A stretch of DNA of 63,104 nt, the filler included, from Octopus bimaculoides (taxonomy: Eukaryota), in the NCBI RefSeq assembly GCF_001194135.2. It is 3 parts of 3 records of this genome, joined end to end, with 100 filler letters (N's around TTAATTAATTAA, not from the genome) between each part and the next. Parts side by side here need not be neighbours in the genome. Positions count along the whole stretch, not along the records: positions 27,758 to 59,419 come from NC_068989.1; positions 59,520 to 63,104 come from NC_068991.1; 1 more part is not named here. One strand, written 5' to 3'. Made by a program: the position numbers and the translations under genes. How positions within the stretch are numbered: position 1 is the stretch's first letter; the number at the start of each line of letters is the position of its first letter. The notes under the pieces were generated by a model. That model did no database searches. It worked only from the letters and a program-made list of their open reading frames with translations, and was not told where the DNA came from. Positions 53,713-63,104 of the stretch are shown here, one piece after another.

Positions 53713-54816
53713 CATAAATGTTTCTGTAGTCTACCACCAGGTAACCCAACAAATACAATATTATTGCACAAAATCACCCACTGAACGACAGCAATGAAAT
53801 CATATCAGGCAGCTGACATCAAATGATAATATTTTTTCAAATATTAGTCTCAACCTCAAACTGGAATAACACTAATAAGCATTCCATCCAAAGTACACAG
53901 ACAAGGCACATACACAAGAATCGAACCACAAACAATTGTGATTCAATTCATGACAAAGTCTTTCTATAAATAATTTATAGAAACCAAAATCTTGTTCTAT
54001 TTACGTCAGTCTGTGTATCTATTATTACTTTATCAGCGCTGTATCAAGCAGACTATCGGATCTCGTTATACACCTCTGATCACAATGCGACTCTTCACAT
54101 TGCTGTGATTTCAAATGATGTTTCCATCTTGGCAAAGGCGGGCAGTTCAGAATATTTGTTATAATTCCTTTTTTTTAGGGTTAAATATGTATTATAATTA
54201 CTTATTATAACAATTAAATATCTATAACTACGTTTATATATGAACACCATTTGAAATTTACTTCAATGTCAATTTAAAACATTAATGAAAACTATTCATT
54301 TATTAGCTACCTTGTAGGAAAAGGATCACTAACGTCGTTTAAAGTTTAACTGTAAACAGCTTGAAAAAGTATTTTTAGCATTACATCATGGTTTATATAC
54401 GTAATGACGGTTGACGTATTGGAAATTAGCAATGTTCAGAATAAATTTATTTAATGTAATAAATTCAGTTTGTTTATATTTTTGATACATTAATTCTTCA
54501 ATAAAAAGCACCAAATTTACACAGATTTAACATTGAATAAGTACACTATAATGATGTTTTTTAACTACTTGATTTCACGTTTTGTATAAGCGTCAATGTT
54601 TACGTATACATGTATTTTTTATGTGTGTATCTGCATCACTTTGTGTCTTTAAGTGCATGCGTTCGTGCATGTATTCACGTTTGACTGTAGTTTTAAACAC
54701 GAAATTTATGAAGGGCAAATCTCACATTTGGATTTCGTGACTTCGTAAGACGAAGAGAAAAAAACATATATGAGTATTTTTAGTTTCATAATGTGTATTT
54801 TTGATATCTGACTTAC

Positions 54817-54893
54817 TCTTACTATGGTCAATGCCTTTAATGTTTTCTTCTTCCAAAGTAAATGAAAACACTTCTTTATAGCCGCTTGATCTG
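54817..54893 (-). CDS. Candidate exon, 77 nt (RSSGYKEVFSFTLEEENIKGIDHSK in the phase 2->1 frame)
   Basis: Acceptor gttgctctttctag (NAGNAG); donor aga|GTAAGT; two frames open. Confidence 0.35.
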
Positions 54894-55511
54894 CTAGAAA
54901 GAGCAACACAATCTTCCTCACATCAATCTATATCACCGAAAATATAGCTTGAAAAGTATAGTCCTAGATTTATAAATGCATGCAATATTCATTGCTAGAA
55001 CACTTTTAAACATGTTCGATCGAATTCATTGGTACTGAACTAGAAAAAATATACACGCTAGTAATTTAATTTGTACTTTTTCACATTCCGTATATGTAAG
55101 CTGTCCTGTCACGTGTAGTCATACTATTAGCGTCAAGGGGCATCTTTGTTGTGTTCTACTCTTGAATAACTTTAATGTGGAAAGTCAGTCTCATTTCGAC
55201 ATTAGCAATCAATCGAAATTGACAGAACATTCCACATGCTCTATCACCACTTAATATCAACACGGTAACGTGCAATATAGAAAATTTATTCAGAAAAAAA
55301 TTGCCGCATGGGTTGTGAGCAACTGGTAGTATTGATCCTGTTTGAGAAGCGATTTATACGACAAGGATATATATATTAAAGCTCTTTTTAGGCTAATTCA
55401 GGGAGATTATGTTATAGTTTTAGTGAAGCAGAACAGAATACAATCAAACTCACTGGAATCTATACAAATACTTCATTGAATCAAACTAACAATTTACTTT
55501 AAATCTTTAGT

Positions 55512-55695
55512 CGAGCAACATGCTCAGCGGTATTTCCTCTGCCGCTACGTTCTGAGTTCAATTTACACCGAGGTCGACTTTGCCTTTCTTCCTTTCGGCG
55601 TTAATAAATTGGTTACCAGCGAAATACTGAGGTCGATGTAATCCACTGGCCCACTCCCACCAATGTCAGGCCCTGTACCTATAGCAGAAAGGATT
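55512..55695 (+). mobile_element. 5'-truncated SINE family B, tail type 2
   Basis: atgctcagcggtatttcctctgccgctacgttctgagttcaa...cctatagcagaaaggattat. Confidence 0.88.
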
Positions 55696-55710
55696 ATCAT
55701 TATTATCATT

Positions 55711-56165
55711 GCCTTTGCACAGCTTCTAGCGCTGGAGATTTACTAGTGTCAGCTGTTCACTACCAGTGAACTAAGGTAACTCCTCTTATATTTCGAGCTC
55801 CTTCCAGAGTATTCGAGCGGTTCCAAGCAGTGCTGTTTCCTGCAAGTGCTCCACCCTTATTGCAGCCCCTATTTGTTCCACGTACATCTCGAAATTTTTG
55901 CTCACTGTTCCCAGTGCTCCGACAATTATTGGTACTAGTGCTACCTTTTTCATCGACCACAACTGCTTAACTTCCCAAGCTAACCTGTCATATCTCTCGA
56001 CTTTTCTTTCTTTCTTATAGCATACCTTGTTGTCAGCTGGGCATGCTATATCTATGATCCAGCATAGTTTGTTTTCTTTCTCAATTAAGACTATGTATAT
56101 CTTCCTATTCTCTATCTCATGGTCGCACTGAAACATAAAATCCCATTGGATCTTTGCATTTCTAC
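55711..56165 (-). mobile_element. R4/Dong-like non-LTR retrotransposon 3' end (restriction-like endonuclease domain plus short 3' UTR)
   Basis: NAKIQWDFMFQCDHEIENRKIYIVLIEKENKLCWIIDIACPADNKV..RYDRLAWEVKQLW..PIIVGALGTV..LQETALLGTARIL. The catalytic PD reads IY. Flanked by TAA/TAG repeats. Confidence 0.9.
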
Positions 56166-56209
56166 TAGTAGTAGTAGTAGTAGCAGTAGCAGTAGTGGTA
56201 TTATTATTA

Positions 56210-56308
<99 letters not shown>
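56165..56308. repeat. (AGT)n/(ATT)n compound microsatellite
   Basis: Directly visible. Confidence 0.95.
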
Positions 56309-56491
56309 TATGGTTCGTTGTTATTTATACCCATGCCTTACCCCATCCAGCAGACTCAAGATCAAATCCACTCAAATAAAAATAATAGTTGTAAAATAAA
56401 ACCAAGCATAATTTTAAATGCGATTGCAATTTAGTATCTAAGTCCAAATACAGGCTACGATATGAAAACAAATTGACCAAACTTATCTCAC

Positions 56492-56568
56492 AATCTCGAC
56501 TTCACAGACATAAAAACTAAAATTATCAGGATGAAAAGATCCAGCGCGTATTTCTTATAGAAAGCAGA
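56492..56568 (-). CDS. Candidate exon, 77 nt, phase 0->2 (SAFYKKYALDLFILIILVFMSVKSR), hydrophobic segment
   Basis: Acceptor ggaaattttacag; donor att|GTGAGA; phase-compatible with 54817-54893. Confidence 0.3.
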
Positions 56569-57999
56569 CTGTAAAATTTCCAAGTAAATCTATAATGTCG
56601 CATGCAGTTTGAGGAAAGAATTTCATTAGCTCAAATAATATTAAATGCTTCTTTTTGAAATTTGTTTTGGCATCCTGTATCAACTGCCATTACGTAAACA
56701 CTTCGACATTTTGATTTTAATAAATAACCAATGTTGTGATGTCGGCAATTACAACCGTAAAATGTTATTTTCAGATAAATTAGTTATGAAGTGATTTTGT
56801 TATATTTTTAAAAATTTGATTGTTATATATTCGAAATGCGTTTCATAAACTCCTGGCATTATACATAGTTTCGAATATAGTTTGTTGTTTGTTTTTGTTG
56901 CATACTTCAACTGTTAAATACATGCAGGGATGATGCAAGAGTGTTGTCATCATGTTCTAGTAAGCTAACACCAGAACAATAATGGAAACGAAGGCGTTAA
57001 TAAGAAATACTTTGGCAAAATCATCAAATATCAATAAATAATCAAATTATACGTTTTTGTTTGATTTTTTTTCTTAAACAACTGTGTTTTATTTACGATA
57101 AAATATTGCTTCACTAAATAATTAATTCCATCTTTCCTTCGAAAAAAACAGTCAAAATACGATTCATATTGTTGGTGAAAAAAATTATTTACTTTTAATT
57201 ATATTGATTTCACTGTTATGCAGAACTTTCAAAGGCTTTCATCTCTCACTTCGTATAATTATATAATAGAATGTCAAACGGTTGTATAATTCAACATAGT
57301 AAAACGCCATTTGTAGTTGTATACAAAGTTATGTTGTCTCAGTAGTGTTCCAAAATATTAAGAAAAAAAAAGAGCAGCAGATGGTGGGAGGTGAAGTGAA
57401 TGAGACTATTGTTACCGAATCGAAGTCAGAGTTGAATCACTCACTGCTAGTGAGAAAGGGAGATAGAGAAACGGGTATAATGAAGAAAGAGAACTGCGTA
57501 TTAAAGCGATATATAGATAAGGGAGAAAAGAGTATGAGGAAATAATAGAGAGAAAATTGTGAAAATATGCAGAAGGAAGAGAAGACTATCAAAAGTCAGA
57601 GAAAGAAAGGAATGACGAGTAAAGAGAGACAAGGAGACAGAGACAGGATTGTAGAAGTGAGACGTAGAAATGATGAGAGAGAATGGGGTGAGGGGAAACT
57701 TGTTTGAGTGACTTTGAGAATTAACTTTCATGAAGGAGGGGTGGATGAAAAGACAAGAAGGGGTTCAAAGTTTGGCCATCGCTGCATATTTAGGTGTCTC
57801 GTTCCTTCATTTAATCTTTGAAACTCTGTCTTGAAGTGTTTTATAACATTTCTTACAAAAGAAAATACTGACATAACAATTTGGAGATCTCTACAAAAGC
57901 GTAGATATCAAGGCAACTTTAGTTTATAAAGGATTTGTACAGCAGATTTAAGGTTTTCTGTGTATGTATAGATTTATGAATGTGTGTGTGTGTGTGTGT

Positions 58000-58078
<79 letters not shown>

Positions 58079-58710
58079 CGTGTTTTAAAAGATAAGTGAA
58101 AAACATGGTAAATAATTGTAGAAGCAGTGATATCACAAATAATTTTTTAATATTTTACAGGTTATATGATGCAGTTTGAAAGAAAATGTTCAAATATTGA
58201 AAGTAGAAAAATTATGATATAATAACGACTTTAATTAACTTCATTGACAGCAGGGCAAAGAAGAAGAAAACTATCTTAGTTTTATATTAATCTTTAGAAA
58301 ACATCAAACTTGAAGTAGAAAATGTAAAACCAAAAATTATTTTAGGTATGCAAATACGATGCATTTGCAAATTATATAAAAAAGTATTCCATTAATTTGA
58401 CAGTATGTTATCTGATGATATAAAATATTGCTATAAATATAAAATGCATATAACATCAACGATGACGATTTCAGGAATGCCTAAAAAATATTCTGAGCCA
58501 TTTTACTCTTATTATTCCAGGGCAGCGAACAACGTTTGATTCTTGACGTTTTCGCTTGAATCACTGGTAAATCTAAATCTGAATTAAATATTCAAGTTCA
58601 GTTTTCTCTTAAAGTAAATGGACAGTGTTATCACCACACTTCTAACAAGCATCTACTGGAGAGGCTAGATAAATTAATCAAATGTATGCCGTTGATTAGT
58701 TATTGTTTAA

Positions 58711-59130
58711 TAGGCGCAGGAGTGGCTGTGTGGTAAGCAGCTTGCCTACCAACTACATAGTTCTGGTTCAGTCCCACTGCGTGGCACCTTGGGCAAGTGT
58801 CTTCTACTATAGCCTCGGGCCGACCAAAGCCTTGTGAGTGGATTTGGTAGACGGAAACTGAAAGAAGCCCGTCGTATATATATGTATATGTATATATATG
58901 TGTGTGTGTCTGTGTTTGTCGCCCTCCACCACCACCAACATCGATTGACAACCGATGCTGGTGTGTTTAGGTCCCCGTAACTTAGCGGTTCGGCAAAACA
59001 GACCGATGGAATAAGTACTAGGCTTACAAAGAATAAGTCTTGGGGTCGATTTGCTCGACTAAAGGCTGTGCTCCAGCATGGCCGCAGTCAAATGACTGAA
59101 ACAAGTAAAAGAGAAAGAGAGTAAAAAGAG
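58711..59130 (+). mobile_element. SINE family A, full-length reference copy (tRNA head, CORE-like ccttgggcaagt, internal microsatellite, tail)
   Basis: A box tggctgtgtggt, B-box-like ggttcagtccc. Resembles the described octopus OR-type SINEs (from memory, unverified). Confidence 0.93.
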
Positions 59131-59190
59131 TACAATAAAAAATAATGAACGAAGGGGGCCAAAACTATAAAAATAATTATTGGTGAACGA

Positions 59191-59419
59191 GTTATGAGAC
59201 AATAGCTAACTCGTTATCAGACAATAGCTAACTCGTTATCAGACAATAGCTAACTCGTTATGAGACAATAGCCAACTCGTTATGAGACAATAGCCAACTC
59301 GTTATGAGACAATAGCCAACTCGTTATGAGACAATAGCTAACTCGTTATGAGACAATAGCCAACTCGTTATGAGACAATAGCCAACTCGTTATGAGACAA
59401 TAGCCAACTCGTTATGAGA
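59191..59419. repeat. 22-bp minisatellite (gttatgagacaatagcYaactc), at least 10 copies, running into a gap
   Basis: Directly visible; only two variable positions. Confidence 0.95.
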
Positions 59420-59519
59420 NNNNNNNNNNNNNNNNNNNNNNNNNNNNNNNNNNNNNNNNNNNNTTAATTAATTAANNNNNNNNNNNNNNNNNNNNNNNNN
59501 NNNNNNNNNNNNNNNNNNN
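59420..59519. other. Synthetic scaffold linker: 44 N + TTAATTAATTAA + 44 N
   Basis: Identical to 27658-27757. Confidence 0.95.
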
Positions 59520-59567
<48 letters not shown>

Positions 59568-59977
59568 TGACATGTATGTGTGTGTATATCTATCTATCTA
59601 TTTATATATGTATATGTATGTATGTGGGTGCGTGTGTGTATGTATATAGTTAGTAGTTAATAAATCATGTGGGTGTGTTTCAATGTGCGTGTGCGTTTGT
59701 ACGAGCGTGTGTACGTGCGTGAAATCACGTAAGTGTGGGCGTTTCTACATCCATATCGACTAACAGTTATATAATTTTTTTCGCTGTTTTGTGTATTTGT
59801 TTCTTTTTTTCGTATCTGATCTTTCTAATTGATCTTCTATAAGACTGAAATAATATCCCTTAATTTGTAATTTCTATTTACGAAGATCAAGAAGAAAGAA
59901 AATGCAGTAATAAGCTGTGGGAAACAGGCTACTTTAACGAGCTACCTCTTGAATTCACCCGAAGAAACACATCTCCA

Positions 59978-60220
59978 CCGGCGTTGAAGGCGGCGAACTG
60001 GCAGAAACGTTAGCACGCCGGGCGAAATGCTTAGCGGTATTTCGTCTGCCGCTACGTTCTGAGTTCAAATTCCGCCGAGATCGACTTTGCCTTTCATCCT
60101 TTCGGGGTCGATAAATTAAGTACCAGTTACACACTGGGGTCGATGTAATCGACTTAATCCCTTTGTATGTCCTTGTTTGTCCCCTCTATGTTTAGACCCT
60201 TGTGGGCAGTAAAGAAATAT
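59978..60220 (+). mobile_element. SINE family B, full length, tail type 1, 14-bp TSD
   Basis: TSD gaaacacatctcca at 59964-59977 and 60221-60234. Confidence 0.93.
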
Positions 60221-60305
60221 GAAACACATCTCCAACGAAGATTACACCTAAATAAGTTGTGCAGTATCACATCTTCCGTATCTTCCATCTCCCGACTTTC
60301 TCATT

Positions 60306-60354
<49 letters not shown>

Positions 60355-60527
60355 CATATAGATCAACTAATTAGCACCATCAAAACGATCAACGACAATA
60401 TGCTATCGCTTCTCCAGAACCACAACCATATTGTTCACCACCATTACCACAACCAACACCACCACCAGCATACACAGCTAACACCACCAAAATCAACGTC
60501 TCTACATCCAGCAAAACCACAGCCACT

Positions 60528-60572
<45 letters not shown>

Positions 60573-60589
60573 GTCGTCGTCGTCAACAA

Positions 60590-61480
60590 CAAAAGTAACA
60601 TGAAATAACGTTAGAGTGTAACGGCCTATTCCAAGGAAGCTTACTGGAAAGCGTTTCCATGGTAATGAGTTTACTGTTCTGTTCTTGCAGTGATGTTTGA
60701 ACCATTGGCCCTGGCACGTATCTCGACTGTTTGTAAGTAACCAACAGATATCTATAGATCAGATGATGACGATGATGAGGAGGGGATAAGCCCGGACAAG
60801 GAACCGTGCTGTAGGAACGGACACACTGCAAACCGTTGTCAAGTGACAAACCCTTAATAACAGACAGACATCTTGTGTGTGTATGTGAGTATGAAGAGGA
60901 GAACTATGTTGTGAAGAGATGATAACTTGATAAGTGAGGCTGGGAGGTGGAAGAGAAGAGTATGAAGGAAGTGGGGATAATGTTGAGGAATGGGGCTGGG
61001 TCGGAAATATTTTCTGGGTGGGAGACAGGTTGATGTTATGGCAATGGGTATGTGGTTTGGAGAGTGTTAAGTAGTCGAGGTGGTTATTGAAAGTATCAGC
61101 CAACATGAGGGTGAAAGAAAAGTGGAGAGCAAGGAAGAAACTGGAGAGTAATGGAGCTGAGGAGGTTGAGGGTAAGACCGGTGAAATGTTGACAGAATGG
61201 AGAGTGTAAAAAAAGAATGGAGAGGAAGGGGAGGGAGAATAGAGGGAGAGATGAAAAGGAGAGAAATATGAGAGGAAAATATGAGAAGGGAGTGAGAAAG
61301 ACACGAGTGAAAGAAGAGAGGGAGAGAAAGAGAAAAGGAGAGCATGGGAAGAAAGTGAGAGAAATGGAAACAAGAAGAAGAAAAAAACAGAAAGGTGAAA
61401 TAGAAAGAAAAGAGGGGAAAAAGGAGAGAGAGCGAAAAAGATGGAAAGAGAGGGGGAGATAGAAAGAGAGAGATTGACAC
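60590..61480 (-). mobile_element. Possible Penelope-like 3' relic with C/T-rich tract, ending in (GAT)n
   Basis: Degenerate HPH-GLN-like stretch near 61100; motif ttccttgtccgggcttat shared with 17130-17850; then (GAT)n at 60525-60590. Confidence 0.3.
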
Positions 61481-61539
61481 CGAGAGAAATATGTAGATAA
61501 ATGATAAAAGCTGATTGGAATGGAAAGTTTCTAGAAACT

Positions 61540-61592
61540 CGAGTAGATTTGTTCGACTAAAGGCGGTGCTCCAGCATGGCCGCAGTCAAATA
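61540..61592 (+). mobile_element. SINE family A tail only
   Basis: gatttgttcgactaaaggcggtgctccagcatggccgcagtcaaat. Confidence 0.85.
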
Positions 61593-61811
61593 AATATATC
61601 GAGACCTGATTCAGCTCTTAGAACAGAGGTCTGTAAATGGAACCTAATGGCCATGGTTTTACAACGAGGGCCAGTAATCTGTTTTGCATTAAAAAATCCG
61701 GTACAGTTCATATGATACGATCTCGCATAGTTTCCTTTGACTCAATTTCTCTCACAAGGATTGTGTCGACTCACAGCTATTGTATCTCATCTCAACCTCT
61801 AAACCTACTTA

Positions 61812-62230
61812 TTCCTGGTGGTGGTGGTGATGGAAGAGGTCGTGGGGACAGAGTCCTCAAACATTTTTTCATCACGTCCTCTCAGAAGCAACCGCCTCCA
61901 CTTGATGAGGCTGGATACCCAAGCAAGATCAACGACCTCATGGATGTTATCCCACCATCTAGCTCGTGGCCTGCCTCTGGGTGTCCTGTCAGTTGGTTTT
62001 GCCCATAAAAACCTGTCAAGCGATTCTTTCTCTAGACATTCTTACCGCAAGTCCGTTGTATCGGAGCTATGGTCACCCAATTCCTAGTAGTAGCGGCCCC
62101 AACTGGAGCGCCTCTCCGATCTCCGAGCTACGATCTCTATAAAGTAACCTTACTTCAAACAAGGACCCCTCGAAGGACCACTTGTATTCTCGGCCGCTTG
62201 TATTCGCAGTCTTGTACTCATTCGAGATGC
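61812..62230 (-). mobile_element. RTE-clade LINE 3' fragment (Rex3/Expander-like), decayed
   Basis: STRLRIQAAE; RSSEIGEALQLGPLLL; RMSRERIA; RTPRGRPRARWWDNIH; GIQPHQVEAVASERD; LRTLSPRPLP, with stops and frameshifts. Confidence 0.88.
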
Positions 62231-62865
62231 AACAGGGTGGAATTGAAACTAAAAAGAATGCATTTGCAAAGCGAACGGCTTAAGTACACAACCGTAAGTG
62301 AGTCTCCACTTCACAAGAGGTTAAACAGGTAAAACAATATTTTATAAAACAAATATTTTATGAATAATCGAAGGTTCCTTTTTGTCTTCTTATTCATAAC
62401 TTGTCAATGATATTAAAAGGAAAAACAAATAACGGCAACACAAAACCTACAGAGCAATGCTTGACAAGTGAAATCAAACATCGATGCGTGATAATGCAAT
62501 AGAAATGGTTGTTATGAAATTATTAGAAAGTCATCGAGTTCTTATGAATATTTGATGTCTTTATTGACGATTTATGTAACGTGTTGAAATGAAATGAGAG
62601 AGTAAATAAAAATGAAACGGAAAACAACAGAAAAACGTCAATGGTGTCACGAAAAAAAATCAAACACGTTTGTACATGGACTAATATATGTATGCGTGTG
62701 TGTGTGTGTGTGTGTGTGTATATGTATATGTATGTATCTATATCACTTAAATATATGTATGTATGTTTTAAGTGATATAAATACACACAGACACAGACAC
62801 ACACACGCACAAATATTTGTGTGTGCGTGTCTGTATATATGTATATAACTAAATCACTTAATATC

Positions 62866-63086
62866 TATAGAAGGGGGGTGGGTAGCTGAGAAGTTCTTGG
62901 ATTTAAGGGTGTTGTGAAAGGTCTGGTTGGAGGGTCAACCTACCGAGTTCTTTTACAGAAAAACTGAAGGATCGCTGCAATAAGTGTGTGAATGTGAAAG
63001 GGGAATTTGTTGAATAAAATCATAATTAACTAATCTCCCTGTATTTTCTTTAATCAAAACCAAGAACTTTTCAGTAACCCCTCGTA
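62866..63086 (+). mobile_element. Mariner-derived MITE, about 220 bp
   Basis: Imperfect TIRs gggtagctgagaagttcttggattt / aaaccaagaacttttcagtaacccctcgta; internal WLEGQPTEFFY..LKDRCNKCVNVKGEFVE* (transposase C-terminus). Confidence 0.85.
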
Positions 63087-63104
63087 CATACATACATACA
63101 CACA

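Noticed and set aside
25527-60220. SINE heads as tRNA genes
   Set aside because: They have A and B boxes but no complete cloverleaf or acceptor stem, and they continue into SINE bodies.
164-62848. Most ORFs in the six-frame track (poly-YI, CV, HT, LS, X runs)
   Set aside because: They are translations of microsatellites and N gaps.

Overview
AT-rich, microsatellite-saturated eukaryotic DNA with many N gaps. The SINE families and repeat style suggest an octopod cephalopod (inference, not verified). No complete protein-coding gene is recognisable, and almost all ORFs in the supplied track are microsatellite or gap artefacts. Supported content: about 20 copies or fragments of three tRNA-derived SINE families (three copies with exact 13-14 bp TSDs); two internally deleted mariner transposases and a mariner MITE; 3' fragments of an R4/Dong-like RLE LINE and an RTE (Rex3/Expander-like) LINE; tandem repeats; two synthetic 100-bp scaffold linkers; and a chain of weakly to moderately supported minus-strand exons. 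Two things stand out. First, at least four unrelated families of type I hammerhead-ribozyme motifs occur in Penelope-like contexts, including two near-intact copies and two divergent inverted pairs. Second, a full-length 5S rRNA copy is fused to the 3' tail of the dominant SINE, a candidate 5S-derived SINE or chimeric retrogene. All structures and alignments were done by eye.
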